A stretch of 64,000 bases of DNA. It comes from Candidatus Daviesbacteria bacterium (lineage in GTDB: Bacteria; Patescibacteriota; Microgenomatia; Daviesbacterales; UBA10151). The stretch covers positions 146,303 to 210,302 of the forward strand of contig JACOXI010000004.1 in the NCBI GenBank assembly GCA_016176335.1. The letters run 5' to 3'. Positions 47,309-56,702 of this stretch are shown here, in pieces; within the stretch, counting starts at the first letter, position 1, and every line of letters begins with the position of its first letter. The translations under genes were made by a program, and so were the position numbers. A model generated the notes under the pieces. That model made no database searches and was not told the origin of the DNA. It was given only the letters and a program-made list of their open reading frames with translations.

Positions 47309-48987
47309 GCAAAGAACAAATAATTTTGGGTATAAATGGTTATTCAAGAAGAGTTCACGATGCTTCAGCATGCATAGTGGTTAATGGAAATTTAGTTGCT
47401 ATGGCTGAAGAAGAAAGATTTACAAGAAGAAAAAAGGCTTTTGGGGAAGTTCCTCATAATGCTATTGCTTTTTGTCTTGATAGAGCCGGTATAACGGTGG
47501 ATCAAGTAGACTCTATAGCTATTGGTTGGAATTTTGATAAAGTATTTGGGAATATAGGAGCTAAACCACCCACTCGGGATGAACTTATAGATCTTTATCT
47601 GCCCTCGGATAGGTTTAAATATTCTAAAAGACCAGAATTAGAAATGGTTTCTCATCATCTGGCTCATGCCGCCTCGGCATACTACTTATCAGGTTTTCCG
47701 GAGTCCTTAGTACTGGTAATTGATGGCCAAGGTGAAACACAATCAACGAGTGTCTTCACTGCAAAAGGCAAAGGCGTTTCACTTATTAGAGAATTTGGAG
47801 TAACAGATTCACTGGGATTTTTTTATGAAGCTGTCAGTGAATATGTAGGTTTATCAAGACTGGATGTTGGCAAAACAATGGGATTGGCAAGTTATGGTAG
47901 CCCAATATACGAATTTGGTTTATTTAGATTAGTTGAAGGAGGATACTCAGTTGATTTGATTCCCCCAGCTCAGCGGGAAATGGATTTACAACAGGAGGTT
48001 ACTAGATTATGGAGAGATTATTTAGAAGGGAAATTTGGACCAGCTAATAGAGTAGATTTGGCCTATGATTCTACTCGCGCAAGATTTAAAAGAGAAGTTT
48101 CCTTTGGAGATACTTATAAGAATGTTACTGCCTCAGCGCAAAAAGCTCTGGAGGATGTGGTGAGGCATTTGATCACTCTTTATGCTGCTGAATACCAAAT
48201 GAAAAATCTGTGTATAGCAGGAGGTGTAGGTCTGAACTGTTCAATGAATGGAGTAATAGCTAGAGACGGAATCGTAGCGGATTTTTTTGTACCTCCTTTT
48301 TCTAACGATGCTGGAGTATCAGTTGGTGCGGCTTTATATTTATCTGATCAAAAACCAACTACTAGATTAGAATCAGCATCACTCGGACCTGAATTTTCAA
48401 ATGACGCTATTGTTACTACCTTAAAATCGCTTGGAATTGATTACAGGTCGGTAGATGATATTGGCAGCTATGTGGCTAAACTTTTAGCTGAAGATAAAAT
48501 AGTTGACTGGTTTCAGGGAAAAATGGAAGCTGGACCAAGAGCATTAGGAAATCGAAGTATATTAGGAAATCCTACAAATAGAGCAACTCATCATAGATTG
48601 AATGAGATAAAAAATAGAGAACCCTGGAGACCTCTAGCTCCCAGCTTTTTAGCAGAAGATTTAGCAAACTATATGCAAGACAGTTCAGATTCACCTTTTA
48701 TGTTAAGAGCTTTTCTGACAAGACCAAATAAAGTAAGTGAAATACCGGCAGCAGTTCATATTGATGGAACTTCAAGGGCACAAACAGTAACAGAAAGGAC
48801 TAGTCCCCTGTATTACAGACTAATCAAGGATTTTAAACATATTAGTGGAATCCCTGCTGTTATGAACACTTCATTTAATCTGGAATATGAACCAATAGTT
48901 TGTTCACCCCATGATGCAATAAGAACCTTTTATTCAAGCAGTGCTGATTATTTGGCCATTGGAGATGCGCTTATTTCAAAAAGATAA
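47305..48987 (+). CDS. carbamoyltransferase (NodU/CmcH/TobZ family)
   Basis: N-terminal ILGINGYSRRVHDASACIV ASKHA-like block. C-terminal YrdC/Kae1-like carbamoyltransferase region. 560 aa. Confidence 0.88.
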   Translation: MSKEQIILGINGYSRRVHDASACIVVNGNLVAMAEEERFTRRKKAFGEVPHNAIAFCLDRAGITVDQVDSIAIGWNFDKVFGNIGAKPPTRDELIDLYLPSDRFKYSKRPELEMVSHHLAHAASAYYLSGFPESLVLVIDGQGETQSTSVFTAKGKGVSLIREFGVTDSLGFFYEAVSEYVGLSRLDVGKTMGLASYGSPIYEFGLFRLVEGGYSVDLIPPAQREMDLQQEVTRLWRDYLEGKFGPANRVDLAYDSTRARFKREVSFGDTYKNVTASAQKALEDVVRHLITLYAAEYQMKNLCIAGGVGLNCSMNGVIARDGIVADFFVPPFSNDAGVSVGAALYLSDQKPTTRLESASLGPEFSNDAIVTTLKSLGIDYRSVDDIGSYVAKLLAEDKIVDWFQGKMEAGPRALGNRSILGNPTNRATHHRLNEIKNREPWRPLAPSFLAEDLANYMQDSSDSPFMLRAFLTRPNKVSEIPAAVHIDGTSRAQTVTERTSPLYYRLIKDFKHISGIPAVMNTSFNLEYEPIVCSPHDAIRTFYSSSADYLAIGDALISKR

Positions 48988-49026
48988 TCTTTAGGTTAGA
49001 ATACAAGATCTAAAATAAGAAGCACT

Positions 49027-50280
49027 ATGGAACGCTTTCAACAGTTACAAGAAGAATTAATTGAAGGTGCCCGCATTCAAGATGAGTATGATTTGAGTAC
49101 TATAAATTTGATTGCACCTGCCAGCCCTACTCCTTTAAAGTATTTCTATGATCTACCTTTAAGACATAATGCGATAGCTGAAGGTTTACTAGGCCATAGA
49201 CCATATGCTGGTGTTGAAGGTTTTAATAGAATTGAAAGAATAGCAGTCGAAGCCGCTTGTTTATTATTTGGAGCAGAGCATGCCAATGTTCAGCCTCATT
49301 CAGTTAGCCAGGCAAATCAAGCTGTATACCAGGCACTCCTTGATAACGGGGATCGTGTATTGGCAATGAGGTTTCAAGATGGCGGACATTTGAGTCATGG
49401 ATTAAGGTTTAATTTTTCAGGCCGTTTCTTTGATTTTAATTTTTATGGAGTCGATAGAACAACAGGATTAATAGATTATGATGCGTTAGAGGAAAAAGCA
49501 GTAACCTTTAATCCAAAACTAATTGTTTGTGGCGCATCTTCTTATCCAAGAGCAATTGATTTTGAAAGATTAGCTGCTATTTCGACTAAAGTAGGTTCTT
49601 GTTTAATGGCTGATTTATCGCATCCAGCTGGATTAATTGTTGCAAACAGATTTCCTAAGCCTTTCCCATACTGTAATGTAGTTACGTTTACACCAGATAA
49701 AACAATGCTCGGTCCCCACGGTGGGATAATATTGTGCAAAAATGACTTAAGTGAGCAAATAGATAAAGCAGTTCACCCTGGGGTTCAGTCAAGCGTCCCA
49801 TTAAGAAGAATATACCAGATGGCTCAATGTCTAATTGATGCAAGTAAGCCGGAGTTTACAGACTACATAGACAGGGTAATTAAAAATATGAAAGCATTTG
49901 AAGCTGAATTTGGTAGAATTCCCAATATAATGATAACAGGTGGAAGCGATACACATCTGATGGTTATAGATACTAAGAATACGTTTGGCTTAACTGGTAA
50001 ACAATCTGAAGAATTATTAGAAACTCTCGATATTTTAACCAATAGACAGGTTATTCCCGGAGAAACACTTAAACCTTATGTGGCAAGTGGAGTAAGGTTA
50101 GGCACATCCTGGATAACTGCCAGAGGCTACAACGAGGTTGAAGCCAAAGAAATTGCAGAAATAATTTTAGATAACTTATCTGACCCAGCAAACCTAGTAG
50201 TTCAAGCAAGATCAAAGGAAGCAGTTAATAATCTTTTAAAAATTAAGAGAGCAGATGATGTTTGGTATGAGGAAAGTTAA
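49027..50280 (+). CDS. serine hydroxymethyltransferase-family PLP-dependent enzyme
   Basis: NLIAPASPTPLKYF... and NVQPHS.SQAN.AVY...GD.VL.M...GGHL.HG blocks align with GlyA. A biosynthetic context suggests a tailoring role. Confidence 0.8.
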   Translation: MERFQQLQEELIEGARIQDEYDLSTINLIAPASPTPLKYFYDLPLRHNAIAEGLLGHRPYAGVEGFNRIERIAVEAACLLFGAEHANVQPHSVSQANQAVYQALLDNGDRVLAMRFQDGGHLSHGLRFNFSGRFFDFNFYGVDRTTGLIDYDALEEKAVTFNPKLIVCGASSYPRAIDFERLAAISTKVGSCLMADLSHPAGLIVANRFPKPFPYCNVVTFTPDKTMLGPHGGIILCKNDLSEQIDKAVHPGVQSSVPLRRIYQMAQCLIDASKPEFTDYIDRVIKNMKAFEAEFGRIPNIMITGGSDTHLMVIDTKNTFGLTGKQSEELLETLDILTNRQVIPGETLKPYVASGVRLGTSWITARGYNEVEAKEIAEIILDNLSDPANLVVQARSKEAVNNLLKIKRADDVWYEES

Positions 50281-50283
50281 TTA

Positions 50284-50961
50284 ATGAGTGAAGAAATAAA
50301 TAATAAAGCTTACCCGGAAGTCGACAGTTTAATTAAAGAAACTGATGAACCCGACTATATTACTCATGCATTTGCTGATATTGGTATTCCATCTCTTATC
50401 ATTCTTCGAAGTGTGTTTAGGGTTGACAACTCTTTCTTAGGAGGTTATTTAGCTAGAACACTACACGCTAGTAATGAATTAGCTAAACGCAAATCTGTCT
50501 TAGATTTAGGCTGCGGTTGTGGTTTACAAGGACTAGTCTGTGCCTTACATGGAGCAAAGAGCGTTCATTTTAGTGACATCAATCAATCTGCAGCAAAAAA
50601 TAGTCGCTTAAATTCTATTTTACTAGATGTAAATAATGTGAGTTTCAGTACTGGTGATTTATTTGCCAACATCCCACCCAGAAAGTTCGATCTCATTATT
50701 TTTAACCCACCGTCAATAACAGGTACACCTTCCAACGATTCCGAAGCAGCGTTTTTTCGCGAAGACAGAGTAGTAGAAGATTTTTTCAAATTATTTCCAG
50801 GATATTTAAGAAGAGAAGGAGTTGTAATAATGCCTGGATCATCTAAGTTTGAAGGTGATACGTCCCCAATGAGTATGATTAGAAGGTACAACCTAGGCTA
50901 TGAGATGGTAAGCAGAGAAGAAGATGATACGACAAAATATGTTGTTTTATTTAAACCTTAA
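50284..50961 (+). CDS. SAM-dependent methyltransferase (small-domain type, FNPPS motif)
   Basis: LDLGCGCGLQGL motif I. DLIIFNPPS motif IV, as in N-methyltransferases of the HemK/PrmC class. Confidence 0.65.
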   Translation: MSEEINNKAYPEVDSLIKETDEPDYITHAFADIGIPSLIILRSVFRVDNSFLGGYLARTLHASNELAKRKSVLDLGCGCGLQGLVCALHGAKSVHFSDINQSAAKNSRLNSILLDVNNVSFSTGDLFANIPPRKFDLIIFNPPSITGTPSNDSEAAFFREDRVVEDFFKLFPGYLRREGVVIMPGSSKFEGDTSPMSMIRRYNLGYEMVSREEDDTTKYVVLFKP

Positions 50962-50973
50962 TTTAAACTTGAT

Positions 50974-51657
50974 ATGATACCAGAAAAACCGCTAGGTATA
51001 AATCGGCCTGAGTATTCGTTTGTTAATCCAAACACCTTGCTTTTTTTAGCGGGTGCTCCATTATCAGGAAAATCTACGATTGCACCTTTGGTAGCATCTA
51101 GGATTGAAGCATGCTCAATACAAAATATGGATATATTCCGCTTACTAGCCCAAGAAATGGAAATGATCAAACCTGAAAGGAAGAGGAATGCATTTGTGAG
51201 TTTCGGAGCTTGTGATAGTTATGTTTTTGTAGGAGACGGTTCTTATTCACCTGAAAGTCTTATAATTGGATTTAATTCATATGCCCGAGTAGTGAGTTCT
51301 TTTTTAAGCAAGGTCGTACCAAGATTAGAAGTCCAAGGAGCTCAAAGAGTATTATTTGAAGGTGTTCAGTTAACACCTCAAGTCGTATCACCATTTTTAA
51401 CAGGCAATAATAAATTAATAATAGTTACATTAGATATAGCTAGATTAGAAAGTAATAGAGACAAACGGTATGGCCAAGACAAAGAACTTCTTCAAAGATA
51501 CTCATCAGAAAAAATACTCTTAATACAAGAAGAGCTTGTCAGACAAGGTCGAGAGCTTTCCCCAAATAAAGTTTTTTTTGTGAATAATTCAGCTGATTAT
51601 ATAGATTCAGCTGCCGCAGTTATTCGTCTTCTGATCACGGAAGGTGTAATCTCTTAA
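50974..51657 (+). CDS. P-loop NTPase, probably a small-molecule kinase
   Basis: Walker A GAPLSGKST near the N-terminus. 227 aa. Confidence 0.5.
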   Translation: MIPEKPLGINRPEYSFVNPNTLLFLAGAPLSGKSTIAPLVASRIEACSIQNMDIFRLLAQEMEMIKPERKRNAFVSFGACDSYVFVGDGSYSPESLIIGFNSYARVVSSFLSKVVPRLEVQGAQRVLFEGVQLTPQVVSPFLTGNNKLIIVTLDIARLESNRDKRYGQDKELLQRYSSEKILLIQEELVRQGRELSPNKVFFVNNSADYIDSAAAVIRLLITEGVIS

Positions 51658-51705
51658 TTTTAATTCATTTAAAAATTTACCTCCTTGCTTTGGTATACTT
51701 AATGT

Positions 51706-52452
51706 ATGACTTATGAGGAATTAAAGAAAGTTTATGATCAGGTTGGACAGCGCTCAGGTTGGGACTTTTCAAAACTAAAGGATGAAAGGGAACCAGTTCC
51801 ATGGAACTATTTAGATGTTGTAAAAGCATATCTTCAAGATACATTCTCGGTATTGGATGTAGGAACGGGCGGAGGGGAAAAGTTCATAAAACTTTCTGAG
51901 TTTTTTACCAAAGGAGTTGGTGTTGATCCTGATCCGGACATGATTAAAACTGCTAATGTTAATAAAAAAAAAGCTCAAAATAGCAAAGTAACTTTTGAGC
52001 AATTTGGTGCTGAAAATTTAGAAAAACTTAATCAAGTATTTGATTTAATCATTAACCGTCATGCTCCTGTAGTTGCTGATCAAATAGTAAAAGTTCTTAG
52101 ACAGGGCGGATATTTTATAACTCAACAAGTAACCTCAAAAAATATGCAAAATTTTAGGGATATTTTTAATATATCCCAATTTGTATCTAAATGGCATAAT
52201 AATCTGGATACAATGGTTCCAGAATTTAAGAAGCTTAAGTGCAGAATTGTTGCAACAGGTGAGTATGATGTAAATTATTGGGTTAAAGACGTTAAGTCTT
52301 TAATATTTTGGTTGAAGGCCATAGATATGCCAAAGGGTTTTAATATGGAGAATCACTGGCAACAAATTAATGAAATAGTTGAGAAATTTACCACTCCTCA
52401 GGGAATAGTTTCAAATGAACATAGACAACTCCTCATTACCCAAAAATTATAA
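51706..52452 (+). CDS. class I SAM-dependent methyltransferase
   Basis: VLDVGTGGGEKF motif I. Confidence 0.75.
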   Translation: MTYEELKKVYDQVGQRSGWDFSKLKDEREPVPWNYLDVVKAYLQDTFSVLDVGTGGGEKFIKLSEFFTKGVGVDPDPDMIKTANVNKKKAQNSKVTFEQFGAENLEKLNQVFDLIINRHAPVVADQIVKVLRQGGYFITQQVTSKNMQNFRDIFNISQFVSKWHNNLDTMVPEFKKLKCRIVATGEYDVNYWVKDVKSLIFWLKAIDMPKGFNMENHWQQINEIVEKFTTPQGIVSNEHRQLLITQKL

Positions 52453-52559
52453 AAAGAATTTTCATTCTACTCTTCTTGCTTGGATTATTAGATAGTTTGG
52501 AATTATATTTGGTTTTTAATAAAGACATGTGCTAAAATTAGCAGCTCATAGTTAATCAA

Positions 52560-53582
52560 ATGGCAAAGCAAGAACTTAGAGGTTATAGTCCTACTCTTCT
52601 GGAAGACGTTCAAAGACGTCTAACAGAGGTTGACGTATCTCCAAATGAGGGGATTGGGCAGCATTTCTTGGTTAATCAAGAAGCTGTAGATTTATTGGCA
52701 CAAACAGTAAACCAAGGAGCTACAGTTATAGAAGTGGGATGTGGGGTTGGACATGTAACTGAAAGATTAGCAGAAAGAGCCTCCAGATTACACGGCATAG
52801 AAATTGACCGTAGATATCATCCCTTACTGGAAAAAATTATGAGTGCTCGAAGTAATGTGTTTATCACTTATGCAGATGCCTTAAAAACGGATTTTAATCG
52901 AATGCTAAAAGACGATAACGAAGGACAGATTGTTGCAAGTTTACCATATCATATTACCGAACCTTTCATGCATAAAGTATCACCTTTAAAATTAGCTAGT
53001 GTGTCTTTAGTAATGGGAAGAAGGTATGCCGATTCAATAGCCGCTTCATTTAATTCAGGCGATTTTGGTAGATTGAGTATTTTAACTACAACTTTTTTTG
53101 ATGTTGAAACATTAGCAACTATTCAAAGAGATGGATTCTTCCCTATTCCAAGAACCGATTCGGCAATAGTACAACTTAGGCCAAGGGACGTAAGGGAAGT
53201 TGGATCAAACAGGAAAGATGCAATATTCAGACATCTATTTCTTACATCAAGGCAAAATACAACATTGAGAAAAGGATTAAAAGAAGGATTTGATGCATTT
53301 GAACAATCAAGAGATGGAATGGGTTTGTCTAAGGAGCAGCGCAATCGTAAATCCAGATCAAATACGCGTTTACGGTTAAAATCAATAGTAGATAGCATGA
53401 ATCGTGGCGAAATTGATTTTAGCGATAGAGGCGGTAGAGATAGAGGAGCCTTTTCAAAAGATATCTCCGCTGTTAGTAGAAATGCTATAGGTAAATTAGA
53501 TATCCCACATTCAGTGCTAGACAAACCATTTAGTTTATTAAACAACTCTGAACTGAGAATGCTATATAAGTCATTAGGTTAA
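52560..53582 (+). CDS. rRNA adenine N6-methyltransferase family protein (KsgA/Erm-like) with an about 60-aa C-terminal extension
   Basis: GQHFLVNQ. VIEVGCGVGHVT. IEIDRRY. ASLPYHITEP. These are the KsgA/Erm signature blocks. Confidence 0.78.
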   Translation: MAKQELRGYSPTLLEDVQRRLTEVDVSPNEGIGQHFLVNQEAVDLLAQTVNQGATVIEVGCGVGHVTERLAERASRLHGIEIDRRYHPLLEKIMSARSNVFITYADALKTDFNRMLKDDNEGQIVASLPYHITEPFMHKVSPLKLASVSLVMGRRYADSIAASFNSGDFGRLSILTTTFFDVETLATIQRDGFFPIPRTDSAIVQLRPRDVREVGSNRKDAIFRHLFLTSRQNTTLRKGLKEGFDAFEQSRDGMGLSKEQRNRKSRSNTRLRLKSIVDSMNRGEIDFSDRGGRDRGAFSKDISAVSRNAIGKLDIPHSVLDKPFSLLNNSELRMLYKSLG

Positions 53583-53586
53583 TGAT

Positions 53587-54420
53587 ATGGAATATAAAGA
53601 AATAGGCGCTGTTAAGTTATCAGCACTTGGTATTGGTACTTACGGTTTTGGTGGAGGGCTCACTAGAGATACCTCAAACGACCGAAGGGACATTGAAGCT
53701 CTTCAATATGCTATAGAGCTTGGTATGACCCATATTGACACTTCTGAGATGTATGCTGATGGCCATAGCGAAGAATTAATTGGACAAGCTATCAGAGATT
53801 TTGATAGACACAGCTTATTTGTCGCTACCAAGGTTTTTCAATCAGGTTTAACATTCAATGGTGTCATTGAGGGGTGCAAACAGAGTCTCAGAAGACTCGG
53901 TACGGACTATGTTGATCTTTATTTAATCCATTGGCCAAATTTAAAAATTCCCTTATCAGAGACAATCCAAGCCATGGATGAGTTAGTCAGACAAGGTTCA
54001 GCAAGGTTTATTGGGGTCAGCAATTTTTCTATTAAACTGTTAAAACAAGCTCAGGAGTTAAGCCATCATCCTATCTTAACTGACCAAGTAGAGTATTCTC
54101 TTTTGGTAAAAAATCCAGAGAGTGATTTACTTCCATATTGTCAAAAGAACGATATTTTTTTAACAGCATATAGACCAATAGGAAGAGGTAGGATTAGGGC
54201 TGGAGTTAATCAAGTGTTAGATGATGTTGCCAAAGAACACAATAGAACTGCTGTTCAAGTAGCTTTAAATTATCTTATTTGTCAGGAAAATGTTTTAGTT
54301 ATACCAAAAGCAGCACAAAGACATCATCTTGAAGAAAATTTAGGATCAATGGGTTGGAGATTAGATCAAGAAGATATCAGAGCGCTCCAACAAGCATTCC
54401 AGACAACTATTGCAGTTTAG
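53587..54420 (+). CDS. aldo/keto reductase
   Basis: DTSEMYADGHSEE. LYLIHWP. 277 aa. Confidence 0.88.
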   Translation: MEYKEIGAVKLSALGIGTYGFGGGLTRDTSNDRRDIEALQYAIELGMTHIDTSEMYADGHSEELIGQAIRDFDRHSLFVATKVFQSGLTFNGVIEGCKQSLRRLGTDYVDLYLIHWPNLKIPLSETIQAMDELVRQGSARFIGVSNFSIKLLKQAQELSHHPILTDQVEYSLLVKNPESDLLPYCQKNDIFLTAYRPIGRGRIRAGVNQVLDDVAKEHNRTAVQVALNYLICQENVLVIPKAAQRHHLEENLGSMGWRLDQEDIRALQQAFQTTIAV

Positions 54421-54517
54421 GGTTATATAGGTTATATATTTCATAGTTTAAGTATATTGACTTCGGGTTAGTTTTGGTCTAATGTAAAACTACAATATTT
54501 TTTGAAAAGTTCTTTTG

Positions 54518-54541
54518 CGAGCAAAGCGAGCAGTCCCGATG
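54518..54541. repeat. GC-rich motif GCGAGCAAAGCGAGCAG plus hairpin GTCCCGAT-gata-TATCGGGAC
   Basis: The 12-mer GAGCAAAGCGAG also occurs at 40823-40834, next to tRNA-Arg. An 8-bp perfect stem follows. Confidence 0.45.
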
Positions 54542-54690
54542 ATATATCGGGACAAAATTTTTGCGTTCCTCGTTTTTTGTTCTTTTTAACCGGCGACTTG
54601 TGCCGGAATTTAATCGGGGCTTTGCAGAGCTCTGGCTGACCCCTCCCAGTCAGAGCCAACCTTCGGACTCCTTTAGGATTTCCAATTCAG

Positions 54691-54764
54691 TGAGCCGGCT
54701 CGGGATCGAACCGAGAACCTACTCCTTAAGAGGGAGTTGCTCTAACCAATTGAGCTACCGGCCC
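54691..54764 (-). tRNA. tRNA-Lys (anticodon CTT)
   Basis: Reverse complement gives acceptor GGGCCGG/CCGGCTC. D-arm AGCTCAATTGGTTAGAGC. Anticodon stem-loop ACTCC-CTCTTAA-GGAGT. T-arm TCTCG-GTTCGAT-CCGAG. Confidence 0.85.
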
Positions 54765-54855
54765 GTGCTTTATATTCTAGCAAGTTGTTATCTGAAGATC
54801 AAAATGGTATGATTAGCACCTGCTTAATGGACCCCGCCATAGCGGGGTTTTTTAA

Positions 54856-56685
54856 ATGATTATGAATAATATAAGGAATGTGGCAATTATAGCTCATGTT
54901 GATCACGGCAAAACAACTTTAGTTGATGCCTTGCTCCGCCAATCCCAAACTCACCTTTCCAAAGAGGTTCAAGCAAAAGGTGACCTTATAATGGATTCAA
55001 ATGATTTAGAAAGAGAGAGGGGAATTACAATTTTTTCCAAAAACGCTTCCGTAAACTGGAAAGGCACCAAAATTAATATTATTGATACCCCCGGGCATGC
55101 TGATTTTGGAGGAGAGGTGGAAAGGGTGCTAAAGATGGCAGACGGATGCCTTTTGCTTATTGATGCCAAAGAAGGCCCAATGCCCCAGACAAGGTTTGTA
55201 TTAAAAAAAGCCCTTCGGATGGGACACAAAATTATTGTGGTAATAAACAAAATTGATAAGCAGAGCTTGCGACTGCCTGACGGCAATCTTAAGCCTGACG
55301 TTGAGGCTATCAACAAAGTGGTCAATAGGACATTCGATCTATTTTTAGAACTTGGCGCTGATGAGAAAACAGCCTACTTCCCTACTATTTATTCATCCGG
55401 TAAGTTAGGTAAAGCAGGTCTGGGGACAGATCTTTCTAAGATGGATGATATTGCCCCGGTTTTTGATGCAATTTTACAGCATATCCCTCCACCCGCAATT
55501 ACCAGTGATTCTCAAAAATCCTTACAAGTTTTAATTACTTCAACAATTTATGATAATTTTAAAGGAAGAATTGCAACAGGCAGGGTTTATGCGGGAACTA
55601 TCAGAATGGGTCAGGAAGTTGCACATATAACCCGGGATGGTGCGGTAAAAAAGTTCAAATTGACTTCTCTACTTGGATTTGAAGGATTGGATAGGGTTGA
55701 TATTACGAAAGCTTTCGCAGGGGATATTATTGCCCTCTCAGGTATTCCTGATATAACCATTGGAGAAACTCTGGCAGATCCTGATAATCCGGTTGCTTTA
55801 CCGCTTTTAGATATTGAGGAATCAACAGTAAGAATGAAGTTTGGAGTGAATACTTCCCCACTTGCAGGAGTGGAGGGTAAGTTTAAAACCGCCAGACAGA
55901 TTAGGGACAGGCTTTATAAAGCTGCTGAAGCAGATGTGGCTTTGAAAGTGGAAGACGGAGAATCCGGTGATTTACTGGTTTCAGGCAGGGGTGAACTTCA
56001 TTTGGCAATTTTAATTGAGAGACTGCGAAGAGAAGGATACGAATTCCAGGTTGGCAAACCCCAGGTTATTGAAAAAGTAGAAAATGGTAAAACAAAAACT
56101 CCATATGAAAAGCTGGCTTTGGAGGTACCGGAAGAGTTTTCCGGTTCTGTTATGCAAAAAATGGGACTTAGGCATGCCACCCTTTTGGATATGACCACGG
56201 GGAATGGCACAGTATTTTTAGACTTTATTATTGCCACCAAAGAGCTTTTTGGGTACAGGAGCCAATTTGTTACAGATACTAAGGGTCTGGGGACAATCAG
56301 CTCCTCTTTTTTTGAGTATAGGGAAGATTCGGGCGGAAAATTTGAAAGGAGTAACGGGTCCTTGGTTGTACATGAAGATGGCACCACTAAACTATACGCT
56401 CTAACAGGAGCCCAAAGCAAAGGAACTTTGTTTGTAAATCCGGGAACGAAAGTCTATAAAGGGCAGGTGATAGGACAAAATTCAAGGTTAGACGATATCA
56501 GAATAAATGTCTGCAAGGAAAAACAGCAGACAAATCACCGCTCATCTGGTGAGGGTACAGCCGAACACTTTAATACTCCAAAACTTATGAGTTTAGAAAA
56601 TGCCATTGAATATATAGATGATTCGGAGTTAGTTGAAGTAACACCCAATAATATTCGTATCAGAAAAATTGATTTAAACAGATAA
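54856..56685 (+). CDS. typA: translational GTPase TypA/BipA
   Basis: AIIAHVDHGKTTLVD. DTPGHADF. NKID. BipA-specific C-terminal domain. Confidence 0.93.
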   Translation: MIMNNIRNVAIIAHVDHGKTTLVDALLRQSQTHLSKEVQAKGDLIMDSNDLERERGITIFSKNASVNWKGTKINIIDTPGHADFGGEVERVLKMADGCLLLIDAKEGPMPQTRFVLKKALRMGHKIIVVINKIDKQSLRLPDGNLKPDVEAINKVVNRTFDLFLELGADEKTAYFPTIYSSGKLGKAGLGTDLSKMDDIAPVFDAILQHIPPPAITSDSQKSLQVLITSTIYDNFKGRIATGRVYAGTIRMGQEVAHITRDGAVKKFKLTSLLGFEGLDRVDITKAFAGDIIALSGIPDITIGETLADPDNPVALPLLDIEESTVRMKFGVNTSPLAGVEGKFKTARQIRDRLYKAAEADVALKVEDGESGDLLVSGRGELHLAILIERLRREGYEFQVGKPQVIEKVENGKTKTPYEKLALEVPEEFSGSVMQKMGLRHATLLDMTTGNGTVFLDFIIATKELFGYRSQFVTDTKGLGTISSSFFEYREDSGGKFERSNGSLVVHEDGTTKLYALTGAQSKGTLFVNPGTKVYKGQVIGQNSRLDDIRINVCKEKQQTNHRSSGEGTAEHFNTPKLMSLENAIEYIDDSELVEVTPNNIRIRKIDLNR

Positions 56686-56702
56686 ACCAAATTTAATGCT
56701 TT

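Larger units (their letters stand above)
41863..54700. mobile_element. putative tRNA-Lys-associated genomic island (about 12.8 kb) bounded by a 12-bp direct repeat of the tRNA-Lys 3' end
   Basis: AGTGAGCCGGCT at 41863-41874 is identical to 54689-54700, which is the tRNA-Lys acceptor 3' strand plus discriminator plus 2 nt. Contents: Fic, an rve transposase remnant, preQ0 genes, tailoring enzymes and an Erm-like methyltransferase. No intact integrase. Confidence 0.5.

Noticed and set aside
54561-54812. 83-aa plus-strand ORF
   Set aside because: It overlaps the antisense of tRNA-Lys and a hairpin-rich spacer.
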